NCBI GenBank assembly: GCA_965644295.1
Contig: CBFFRP010000318.1
Coordinates: 1-64,000 of the forward strand
DNA from: Paraphysomonas bandaiensis
Taxonomy: Eukaryota; Protista; Chrysophyceae
Length of the DNA stretch: 64,000 nucleotides
Direction of reading: 5' to 3'
Numbering within the stretch: the stretch's first letter is position 1; every line of letters starts with the position of its first letter. The notes under the pieces were generated by a model. It did no database searches. It worked only from the letters and a program-made list of their open reading frames with translations, and was not told the DNA's origin. The position numbers were made by a program, and so were the translations under genes. Of this stretch, positions 36,201 through 46,800 are shown piece by piece.

Positions 36201-36899
36201 CCTTCTCCGCCCACATCGCCAAGTGCGCCCAAACCAGGTTGACGTGTGATTGATGTTATTGTAAATAGATTTTACAATTTTTTAGTTGCACGAAATGCGG
36301 CCCTCTCTGCACTCGTTGGCGGGATATCTGATACGATGGCAGCGATGACAATGTCTGGTCGCGGTTCAGGTGGTGCTCTTAAATCTGCTGGTACCCCTGC
36401 TACCCCTCCACCCCCTGGACCGGAAGAGGAAAATGTTAGTGGTGCCGAAGGGCAACTCGATGCAAGTAGAAATTATCGCATGGATGTGCAAGACTTTATG
36501 GAGTAAGTCGGTTGTTAGTTTTGTCAGTCACACGAGTCACGTTTCAATTTTGTAGTGCGGCCGAGATCGACGACGTGCTCATACAGGTGTGTTTCGCACA
36601 GACACTGTTTGCATATATGTAGTATTTGTTGTCATATGTCGAAATATGAAACGTGCCATCTAATTTCATATCCGTAGGTTATGCAAATGAAACCACGATC
36701 TCGAATGAAGAAGTTAATGCAAGCAACAGTTGCACAAAGGAATTCGGAGATGTCGACCCATGGAAACAGTGATGTTAGTGGCACTACTCCACCTGCTCGC
36801 AATAGGTCGTCATCTGCGGAATCCGAATCATCATTTATCGGCGAGCAATTGACTTTGGAGTTTAAGAAAGCATTGGCACAACGGCGCCCCTCAGGCTGA
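33256..36899 (+). CDS. PH domain + CAMK-group kinase + EF-hand protein (CDPK-like), multi-exon
   Basis: PH: GYLIKRG..WKKRWVAL..EKKSW. Kinase: LGVGGTG, YAMK, GGELY, HLDIKPEN, DFG, GTVGYMSPE, DVWAAG, EAKDLV. EF-hand DSDGDGLISAED. Many GT-AG introns. Confidence 0.9.
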
Positions 36900-37299
36900 A
36901 TATGTGCAGAATGCAATCAGGATAGGAATTAGAATGTTACTTCTATATTGCGTGATACTTAAAAATATGCATTGTTTATGATTAAAGTATTTTAGTCGTT
37001 CATAGGATGAATACTAATATAAGCATTACCTCATGTTAAACGTTGAATCATACTTTGTAAAAGGTAGTTTGGATAATTACAGTGACACACTAGTTTATAG
37101 TTTGTAAAAATGTGAACAGAATCATGATACATGAGACACCAGGAACCAGTAGTGACTGTCTTACTATTTCAATAGGCGTTTAAGAGTCAGAACTAAATTA
37201 GCATTGCAATTAAACTAACTACTGCTTAACAATGAACTCTGACATCCTAGTAGCTAGTAGTGAATGTCTTCATACTAGCAATACGCGTGTAAGAGACAG

Positions 37300-37610
37300 G
37301 TCCAATGCAGCAAAATAATTTAACTAACTAGTGCTTAACTCTGATATCCTAGTATTTTTAGTACTACGAAAGCTCACCGCAAACACCAAGGTGCAACCAC
37401 TTTCGCTCTACCACCCAAAGCAATCGCATTGAGCAAGCAGAATGTTAATATACATGACATCTACTGACTTCAGGACTTTTGAGTTCTCGAGGTGTGCACA
37501 TTCCAGGATTCCTGTTGATTCCCGTCATCAATGTCGGACTCGCACCTTTTTATGGTGCTCTGGGGGATATGTACCGGAAAGTTTACTTTTCGGAAAAATA
37601 GCGTGAGCCG
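37300..37610. repeat. Dispersed composite repeat, diverged copy
   Basis: CACCGCAAACACCAAGGTGCAACCACTTTCGC at about 37375, followed by an inverted terminal module at about 37532-37580. Confidence 0.65.
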
Positions 37611-37674
37611 CAAACATACATTGCAGATTTGTTCTCCGCAGATATTGCACAAGTTGATCGAGCCGTTTTCTAGT

Positions 37675-38320
37675 AGGGCCTGGTAGCTGATAACCATTAA
37701 TGGCCCATTAATGGTAGTCTAGTTCCCGGCAATTATAATGGCCATTAATACCTAAGTAGATAATACGCTCATAATAGAAAGTGTTATGCTCGCTTAATTA
37801 CTAATTTAGTTTAAAATCATACTACGATTCGTAACTACTTCTCACTATCCACTCTGGCGCATCAGTATCTTCATGCAGGGCTTCATGGAGGACACATAAG
37901 CATCCCACAACATGTAATTGGCTCGTAGGAATACCAACGATTATAGACGATATGGATTCATGTTTCTACGCTCAGGTGTCATAAAATCAACTTTGCACAA
38001 CTGCAATGCCTCCCAACAACAACATTAGATTGTGCTTCGATATGAAGCAAGCAGCTGGACTCATATATAGGTACCAAGTCGAGCTCTCTTGGTGACCTCG
38101 GCGCTGCAAAATCAGTTCCTGCACTTTTGTCGTGATTTTTGTCAAATGAGAGCAAACGTCTTTAGATCTTTCATCAAGGAATGCCTTTTCTCGCTCAGTG
38201 TCAGAAAACAAACATAAAGCCCGAGCGAAGGAAGGTGGCTCGTCGGTGGTTCTGCGAAATCACTCAGAAGAAGACACTCTAAATTACACTGCCATCAACT
38301 TTTTGACCATCGTCGTTGCT
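37675..38320 (-). mobile_element. Degenerate hAT DNA transposon 3' end
   Basis: Frameshifted SNVV..CAKLI-MTPERRNMNPYRL*SLVFLRANYMLWD resembles the hAT C-terminal dimerisation domain; terminus TAGGGCCTGG with subterminal CCATTAATGG repeats. Confidence 0.6.
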
Positions 38321-38751
38321 TTAATATTAAGTATAACAGAAGTTGACATTATTTGCTAAGGTTTTCTATTCTCAACTGATAAGATGAAATTATAAACATT
38401 ACATGATAAAGAACCTAAGTTGTGTTCGATGTGTTCAACACCATTCATTTACTACTATAGTGTACAAACCACCCACTCAGTGATCGTATCCTGTATAGTC
38501 ATCCACTTCTACTTCAGTTTCATACTACATAATATAATGTACTAATTACATATATATCTTTCGATCCTTGCATCTCACATAATACTGCACTCAATTGCAA
38601 GTATATAGAATCTTCAGATCTCAACACTCCCCCTCAATTGAGTGTTGTACTTATGACGCCTCCCAGCTATTGAATGCCTGAGATAAAAAAATTCTTGACA
38701 GTAAAATAGACTCATCTCTAAGTCTAAACCTCTGTCTAAAAAACTCAGTAC

Positions 38752-41145
38752 CTACTTGCGCCTTCTTTTATCCCTTGGTCCCTCATTAATCACTTCAGTG
38801 GAACTCTTAACTTTCTCTCCAAGATTTCTCTTTCTCTGCTCCATATATGATAAACCAACCAATGACTTTGTATAAATATCTGCTGCTTGTTGCGATGTAT
38901 GCACATGCACTAACTTAATCGTATTGAACTGATTGGGATCCACGTGCTCTCTCACCATGTGATACTTAATCTCAATGTGCTTCGACTTCTTGTGAAACAC
39001 TGGGTTTTCGGCCAAATCCTGGGCACTCTGACTGTCGATGAAGAATGGTGTGGGTTTGATGAGCCTCAACTTAATCTCACCCGTCACCCCCCGAACCCAT
39101 AGCACTTCTTGGAGACCCGAGTAAATACACTGATACTCAGACTGCATGCTTGACGTTGCCACTGTCGTCTGCAGTTTGGACTGCCAGACTATAGGCCCTC
39201 CCGCTGCAAACCCAACGTACCCCGACGTGGACTTCCTGGAGAGCTGATCTCCCGCCCAATCCGCGTCAGTAAACATATGGAAGTCGAACCGTCTACTCCC
39301 ATATTGAATCCCTTTGTCAATAGAACCACGAATATATTGCCATACATGTGTTAATAGCTTGCATACTTCAATATTCACCTTATTACTGAACCGAGACAGT
39401 ACTCCCACTGCATAGGCAATATCCGGCCTCGTGTTCATCGATAGATATAGTAATGCACCTATCAACGGCCGATATGGGAAGTTATCTACTATAAGCTGTT
39501 CCTCCTCGGTATGCTCATGCCGCGCCCCTTTTGCCACTAAATCCATTGCTTCCGCCGGTAGAGGACTCTTCCGTACCTTTCGCGGTGACCCAAGATACTT
39601 TTCAAACTTTTCTAAGATCTTAGCCGCATATACTGATTGGTCAAGACGAATATACTCTGGCGTTCTTGTGACTCGAACATTCAGAAAATGTTCCATCTCG
39701 CCCATATCCTTCATATCAAACCGGGCACACAGTTGAGCTTTAATATCCTTCACTATGTTGACATCACGACCTAACACTAGGATATCATCCACATATATCG
39801 TTAATAATATCAATTCATCGCCCTTATACTGATAATACAAACACGGGTCTAATACACATGGTTTAAAATGCATAGATCGTATGAATTTATCCAATGTTTT
39901 CCACCACGACCGCGGGGAACTCCGAAGCCCGTATAACGACTTCTTCAACTTAAAGCAGTACCCCTCAGGCAGCTGAAAGTCCGGAGTTGCCTTCATATAT
40001 ACATCCCCCTCTATATCTGCATATAGAAATGCGTTAGACACATCCAGTTGATGAATTACCATGTTCATCACGAAAGCTATGGCGATTAACAGTCGCACTG
40101 TTACCCCCTTAACAACGGGTGCGAAATGGTTCGCCCAACCACTCGACTGCTGTCCACAACCGATTGCTACAAGACGAGCCTTATATCGGCGGACCTCTCC
40201 CTCCTTATCGTACTTCTTTCCATAGACGTACTTGGAGTGCAGTGGGACGACTCCGTCCGGTATACGAGTCACCTCCATGGTATCTCGCTTCGCCAAACCC
40301 TCTCGCTCTACACGGCGAGCTCGTCTCCACTCCCTGTGCTCGGCACTCTCCAAGGACTCACGATGTGTCTGAGGCACTGTCGACTCTTCCGCTGACATCC
40401 ACACTGAGTCTGCCTCCTGTAAAAGGTCACTCACATCACTCTCATCACTCAAATGATGGATTTGTCCTAACACCGACACATTCGTTACCGTCCTTGGAGT
40501 TCTTGCGCGTTTGCCGTGCGGATGATTCTCGGCAGGGGTCCCTTCCCCCGAAGGTAATGCTGAGTCAGCCTGGGGCTGCACCTGCCCACTTTCCGACTGC
40601 TGTGGCACCACTCCGCTGATACCGCCGTCACGGTTGTCAGTAACTCTGGCCCTAACCACCCTCTGCGCAAGATCCTCTGTCATCTTCTTGATGTCAGCAA
40701 TATGAATAGGAGTTTTATCCTCCACTTGAACCTGGTTACCAGTAACCAACGACCGGTATCCCACAATAAGTCCCTTCCTTATCACCACTCTGTTAGTCTT
40801 GTATAGCAGACCACCATCCTCATGGTGCTTTCCGATAAGATACTCAAACTCACCCGGTTGACGAGCCTCGGGATCTATAGCCACTTGAGCCTCCTCCAGC
40901 TCTCTATAATAATCCTGAGACCTCTCAGGTACCGATTCATCAAATAATACATGTACCGAGTGTACTACGGTGTCCCCCACTAGCACCTTGTATCCTTTTC
41001 GATCAGCTGGATACCCTATGAAATAACCTGTCATTGCTTTGTCCTCCCAGTCCTTCCTCCTGTCGGCCTTGGGTGTTAGCACATATGCTTTGCACCCCCA
41101 TTTCCGTAGCCACGATAGGCTGGGAACGCTCCCCCTGGGACACAC
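38752..41145 (-). CDS. Copia integrase C-terminus/RT/RNase H (after a 1 nt frameshift at about 41130)
   Basis: WGCKAY, YKARLVA, QLDVSNAFL, SLYGLR, YVDD, TRPDIAYAV, DADWA, KHIEIKYH and ADIYTK motifs. Confidence 0.93.
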   Translation of the reverse strand: MCPRGSVPSLSWLRKWGCKAYVLTPKADRRKDWEDKAMTGYFIGYPADRKGYKVLVGDTVVHSVHVLFDESVPERSQDYYRELEEAQVAIDPEARQPGEFEYLIGKHHEDGGLLYKTNRVVIRKGLIVGYRSLVTGNQVQVEDKTPIHIADIKKMTEDLAQRVVRARVTDNRDGGISGVVPQQSESGQVQPQADSALPSGEGTPAENHPHGKRARTPRTVTNVSVLGQIHHLSDESDVSDLLQEADSVWMSAEESTVPQTHRESLESAEHREWRRARRVEREGLAKRDTMEVTRIPDGVVPLHSKYVYGKKYDKEGEVRRYKARLVAIGCGQQSSGWANHFAPVVKGVTVRLLIAIAFVMNMVIHQLDVSNAFLYADIEGDVYMKATPDFQLPEGYCFKLKKSLYGLRSSPRSWWKTLDKFIRSMHFKPCVLDPCLYYQYKGDELILLTIYVDDILVLGRDVNIVKDIKAQLCARFDMKDMGEMEHFLNVRVTRTPEYIRLDQSVYAAKILEKFEKYLGSPRKVRKSPLPAEAMDLVAKGARHEHTEEEQLIVDNFPYRPLIGALLYLSMNTRPDIAYAVGVLSRFSNKVNIEVCKLLTHVWQYIRGSIDKGIQYGSRRFDFHMFTDADWAGDQLSRKSTSGYVGFAAGGPIVWQSKLQTTVATSSMQSEYQCIYSGLQEVLWVRGVTGEIKLRLIKPTPFFIDSQSAQDLAENPVFHKKSKHIEIKYHMVREHVDPNQFNTIKLVHVHTSQQAADIYTKSLVGLSYMEQRKRNLGEKVKSSTEVINEGPRDKRRRK

Positions 41146-43349
41146 TCATATGGAGACATCCATCCTTGCCACGTCCGAGTTGGCATTCGTCGCACAATGT
41201 AACATGCAGTTTGATAAGCATCAAACCAGAACGACTTTGGAAGTCCAGATGCCGTCAACATCGTCAGTGTCATCTCCCCAATTGTTCGGAATTTCCTCTC
41301 AGACACCGCGTTGAGCTCTGGCGTGTCTCGTGTTGTATGTGACACCCGAGTCCCATATCGCTGCAACAGATACTCTCTTATCTGCTGACTAATAAGTTCG
41401 GATCCTCCATCGGCATGATACTCCACTATACGGTTCCACCCCTCGTACTTCACTAAGTGGACCTCGCACAAGTGTCGTAGACATTTGAACACCTCCTCTC
41501 CGCTTCGAGTCCTCAATCCATATTCCCATATCATCTTTGTTGCTAAGTCCGTGAATAGGAGCACGTACTTATACCCTTGTCTGGATTCACAATTCAGGTA
41601 GACTGAGATGTCCGCTGTCACTCGTTCCAGAAACCTGACTGCGCTTAGCTCTTCGTTGTCCCGTGATTTGAACGAATGCCTGGTTATCTTCGCCTTGGCA
41701 CACCATTTACACAGGGGTTTCTTGCAACTCTTCTCCTTTGCCTTCGAAAGGTGATGTCGTTGTAGTCCTGATCCTCTGAATAACATGTGTCGGTGAGCTT
41801 CTAATAACTTCGATTTCGAGACATGTCCAGTACGCTCATGTAAGCGATCCAACGCATCTTGTCCTGTATTATCCGACAAATTTACCTCCTCCATCTGATT
41901 GCACATAGACACATTTGGCAGATTTAACACCTCCATCAAGTCCACATACGGCATTCCTCCATGCTCATCGTACTCTCCAGTCAACACCTCGTTTCCAGAG
42001 TCCAATTCCACGATTTTAGGCTTTCGAAGCAGTTGTAATCCGTATCCCATTGATCTCAGCATTCCTCCTGACACAATGTTCTTCACCGCTTCCTCACTAA
42101 CTCTGATGTCTCTCCATTCCCCGAATGTACCAGCCCCCTGTGTCTCCAATTGAGAACCCTTTCTAGTTAGTTGGATTGCCCCAAACTCAGGAGTAAATGA
42201 CTCCAGTGCAATTTTATCCTTTACTATAAACAGTCTTTTACTTGCACAACTGTCCAGATATACACGAGGTTCTTCCGACGTATCCACCGATAGCAAAACC
42301 TCTTCTCCAAACATATTCGCTTCATCATCCGACGACTCTCCGTCGTTGACGTATTTCTTCCATTCTGTCTCGAATTTCCTGTTCGATTTTCGAGGATTCT
42401 CATTATCCGGGTTTTTTATGTTCTTCCGTTTTTTCGACTTGCACTGTCGGGCTTTGTGACTAAAATCTCCACAGATATGACAACCAGTATAATCCTTTGA
42501 TCCTGGCTGCTGCACACTCTTCGAAGCCTTTTCCTTTGTCTTCCCTTTTCTTTTGAACTTGTCCATTTTCCTTTGTCGTTCCTTAGCATAACAATTCGCT
42601 GCTACATGTCCCTTCTTCCGACAAAATGAACAAACCACTGGCTCCTTCGACGCCGTAAAATTGATCTCTTCAGATTTGTCTCCCTTTAGTTTCTTCAGTT
42701 GCGTCATAGCCTCGTCATACTCTTCACAAGCCTCTTTCACCGAATCAAATGTAGTTGTTGCTTTAGGCATCATCGCTACCGACATCCATAAATCATGTAA
42801 TTCCTCTATCTGCAGCGCTGCTTTTATCTTTGCTAATTTACTTGCCTCTGTCTGCGGTTGTCCCAATTTTATGAGCTTCTGGATTATACCGTTCAGTCGA
42901 TCTACCCCAACAGACACCTTTTCCCCCGGCCTTATTTTGAACGAATGGTATTCTGCCGTAGTCTTCTCCAATACAGTCCCAATCTCGCCTCTGAACCTAT
43001 CAACCAGTGTCTGAAGGAGCTCACTGGATAACACCTCCTTAGCAGGATCATCAGCAGGTAAAATTGCCTTCCCCTCCAAATATTGATTGGCTACCTCCAA
43101 CACATCAGGGTCATGCTCGCAAGCCTCCCAAATAGTACTAACACAGGTATCATTACGCTCTCTCCATGACTCTAAATTCCTTCCTCCGGCTGGCGGGTCC
43201 TCCAAGCCAAGATGGTTTCGGTTTTTCTTCATTAGATGCATCTTGATTTTTCTCGCTGAATAGTCTGCTTGGTTCTTGTCAAACCGTAGCTTCTTGTCAT
43301 CTTCCCCATCCCTACAACTACCATCCGCTACCATAACAGAAGTTGACAT
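41076..43349 (-). CDS. Copia Gag-protease-integrase (N-terminal part of the polyprotein)
   Basis: Two CCHC knuckles, protease YLDSCAS, HHCC motif (HERTGH..CKWC), integrase core ADI..HADGG..AVSER. Confidence 0.93.
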   Translation of the reverse strand: MSTSVMVADGSCRDGEDDKKLRFDKNQADYSARKIKMHLMKKNRNHLGLEDPPAGGRNLESWRERNDTCVSTIWEACEHDPDVLEVANQYLEGKAILPADDPAKEVLSSELLQTLVDRFRGEIGTVLEKTTAEYHSFKIRPGEKVSVGVDRLNGIIQKLIKLGQPQTEASKLAKIKAALQIEELHDLWMSVAMMPKATTTFDSVKEACEEYDEAMTQLKKLKGDKSEEINFTASKEPVVCSFCRKKGHVAANCYAKERQRKMDKFKRKGKTKEKASKSVQQPGSKDYTGCHICGDFSHKARQCKSKKRKNIKNPDNENPRKSNRKFETEWKKYVNDGESSDDEANMFGEEVLLSVDTSEEPRVYLDSCASKRLFIVKDKIALESFTPEFGAIQLTRKGSQLETQGAGTFGEWRDIRVSEEAVKNIVSGGMLRSMGYGLQLLRKPKIVELDSGNEVLTGEYDEHGGMPYVDLMEVLNLPNVSMCNQMEEVNLSDNTGQDALDRLHERTGHVSKSKLLEAHRHMLFRGSGLQRHHLSKAKEKSCKKPLCKWCAKAKITRHSFKSRDNEELSAVRFLERVTADISVYLNCESRQGYKYVLLFTDLATKMIWEYGLRTRSGEEVFKCLRHLCEVHLVKYEGWNRIVEYHADGGSELISQQIREYLLQRYGTRVSHTTRDTPELNAVSERKFRTIGEMTLTMLTASGLPKSFWFDAYQTACYIVRRMPTRTWQGWMSPYECVPGGAFPAYRGYGNGGAKHMC

Positions 43350-43882
43350 TATTTGCTAAGGTTTTCTATTCTCAACTGATAAGATGAAATTATAAACATT
43401 ACATGATAAAGAACCTAAGTTGTGTTCGATGTGTTCAACACCATTCATTTACTACTATAGTGTACAAACCACCCACTCAGTGATCGTATCCTGTATAGTC
43501 ATCCACTTCTACTTCAGTTTCATACTACATAATATAATGTACTAATTACATATATATCTTTCGATCCTTGCATCTCACATAATACTGCACTCAATTGCAA
43601 GTATATAGAATCTTCAGATCTCAACAAGTAATATATGATATAATTACAAAATGTAGTTATTTTCTTTCGTTGTGTATTGCAGCTTCTTTCAACTTTGGGG
43701 AAAAATTATACTCTAGGTGAAATATGCACATTTTCAATGCTTTTTAGAGTTTTTGTATTAGAAATATTGCTTGTAAATAATTGTGTTATAGGACAGTGAT
43801 CACAAACCCAAATTCGTAGCATGATATATATCAACAAAGAATTTATTAATTACACCATACTAAAAGAATAGATCTTCATCTA

Positions 43883-46800
43883 CTAAAGAATACCAACTGA
43901 ATGCATTCGCTGGCTCAAGTACTCCCTGATATAATCATCTGAAAATTCGCCAGAATACATCTCCCGAACCACATGGAAACCGTCTTGGGCTGACTGCAAA
44001 TAGTCGTCTCGGCTTTGCGCAAAATATTTCATACGATTCACATGCGGATGCTTGTAAGAGAATTCAAAATTATACACATTACGATGTGTGCCCGTTTCTG
44101 GAACTCTCTGTGCAACTATGATATCGGCTTTGAAGCCATGATAGTAAACCAAGGTCAAAACTTTGTAGTCATCTCCAAGGCCATTATCATCTAATATCTG
44201 TTCTATGCATTTTCCAAAACTAGATATCCGCGAGTTTATGACTATGCTGTGCTCATTATCTGTTGCATATTGAATCGGCTCCAAGTGCATGACATTGCTC
44301 TGCAAGGAAGACATGGAGCGTTTAATAACTTCCACAATGTCTTGCGGGAGATCCTCTTCCTTCGTGAGAACGCAAGCCAACGACCTCCACACTTTAGTGG
44401 CTGAATTTCGTTGGGATACACAACACATATCGGTCGACTCAAGCAATGCGGATGTGCGATTAACCACGCCTCTGAGTAAATCAATTGACTTGGGGAAATC
44501 TTTCGACAAAAGTCCAAGCAGGCCTACGAGGGCATACGATAAATTCGCAGGAGTGTCCTGGTTATCAGATGCAGGAATAACCTCAAGTTTATCCACAAAA
44601 GCCTTTGCTTCAGGGTGGCAATGATGTAATCCTCCGAGGCCTGAAAGGGCCATCAACTCAACGTGCCTCGTTTCAGTAAGATACTTGTCAGTTATAGCCA
44701 CCAATAATTCCCTCACGTTATCGTCGTGACTGTACTTTGAGCGCAGCCCCAACAGCATCATACCCAAATACGTGTCGGAATAATCATCTACACGAGAGTG
44801 TTCTACAAGACGTCTAGCAGCAAGCATCATATCACTCACTTCTGGACAGTCCGATGTCATACTCCGTAGCCCGTACAACACATTCGCAATGTTCATGCAC
44901 GAGAATTCGGATGTACACTCGTCAATCAACCTAAACAACTTTGATAGAGTCTGCCGTACCTCAACATAGTTACAGTTCATTCTACCTATACCGGTCATAA
45001 TCATGCTGATATTATCAGGTGCAAAAGGCGGTCGAGAGGGGTTCGAGTCAACGCGATTGATAATACCCAGCAAAACTGCACGAGAAGCTTTCGTTGAGCT
45101 CCCGCCTCGAGATAGCCCATGAAACGACAGTGCCATGTGCTGCTCATTGAAACACATGTCTGGGGATGCTTCGGATATCACATTCGCTAAGATTTTTAGA
45201 AGATCCTGAATCTCTTCTGTCTGGCTATTCATACTTCGAATCCCGTATAACATACAAGCTATGGCAACACTATCGTTCACAGAACTGCCAGATATCTGAA
45301 GAATTTTATCGTTCAGTGTGCGAACAATTTTCGATAGCACATCGCATTCAACAGACATATTATGTAATCCGTACATGGCCTTGCCGATAGCACTCATCGC
45401 CAACTTATCAGTACTTCGAGACAAATGAAAGGACAATATTTTCAGAATATCCATCACATATTCACTGTCATTATTGAAATGTTGTAGACCGTAGAGGGCA
45501 TTGCATATATGGATCCCTCTGCACACCTCACTTCCTTTGACCATACGAGGCCCACTGGCAAGATTTATATTACCATGAGAGTCTATGTCTGGTATTTTGC
45601 TTGCAACAACTTTCAGAGCCTCATGGGCTTCAGGACAATCGGAAGACATGCCATTCAAGCTATACACAACACGACAGAGCACGGTCCCGTCAAGCGTCGT
45701 CGGGGATTTGGATAGCTTGGTCGTAAGGCACTTGAGTAGCGCAACCGGTTCTGGTTGTTTGGAAGACATGTGTTGCAGACCAGAATAGGCCTGACTGACA
45801 AGTACTTTCGAAAGTGGTCTACTGAAAGACCTTACCTTGTCGCAGAGTGTCGATATTAACTGCTTTTCTGGAAGTGATTGGCCAGTGATATGCTGCAGAG
45901 AGGACAATGATGTGTACACCTGATTTCCATTCCAAGCATTCGGTAGACTTGTCTGTAGCTTTTTTGTGAGACATTCAACGACTTCATCACGATTCTCATC
46001 ATTCTTGAACCGAGGCAGAAATTGCAGGGCAGCAACGCAATGAAAAATGTGCTTGGCGTGGCTTAAAGGTTTCTCCGAGTCCACTAATGATCGGAAGAGA
46101 GCCAGAACAATGCCTGGGATGGCTTCAGATGATATGTGCCTTAACTCTTTTATTTCCACAATCGCTCGTCCAATATCTTCAGTTGAGTTGATTGCATTTG
46201 TCATTGTGAGACCTGCGTCTACCTTCTCCGCACATGCACTAAGAACAGCATCCACACCAGCACTGTTTGAACCATATGGAAGGGGTTTGGATATAGCTGC
46301 CAAAGATGAGAGAATGTATTTCACTTCTATGGGTGTAGCATCTACACTTTCTACAGTGTTAGCATTTAAGGCAGGCTTACTTCTCATGCAATGAGCTATT
46401 GTATTCATCGCAATAGTAGCACATTCCTGTCGCACATCCATCGCCACCAATCCGTCCAGAGCACGTACACAAACACGAAACGGTATATTTTCAGGGATAT
46501 TGGCAAAATCATGAGTGCATAGATTGTTCAAAATTGTCAATATCTCTCGGCCAGATGAGCTATGTGAGCCAATGTGACGGAGACCATTCAGGGCCTGTAA
46601 ATACTGAATATCAGTTATAGGAGTCGTCGAGCGCCGGAGAAGCCGTAATATATTATCTACAAGAATCTTTCCCTCTTTGTGCTCCGTTGATATCCAAGAG
46701 AGACTGGACACTATACATGTGATGTCCTCAGCGCTAAGAGGCTCGTTACAGGCAGCAACATGAGGAGTAATGATTGCCAGCAACTCTCGCACAATCTCTT

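Larger units (their letters stand above)
38334..43626 (-). mobile_element. Full-length Ty1/Copia LTR retrotransposon, very recent insertion
   Basis: Identical 293 bp LTRs (38334-38626 and 43334-43626), AGTA flanking duplication, PBS TGGTAGCGGA, PPT TTGAGGGGGAG, domain order gag-PR-IN-RT-RH. Confidence 0.97.
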
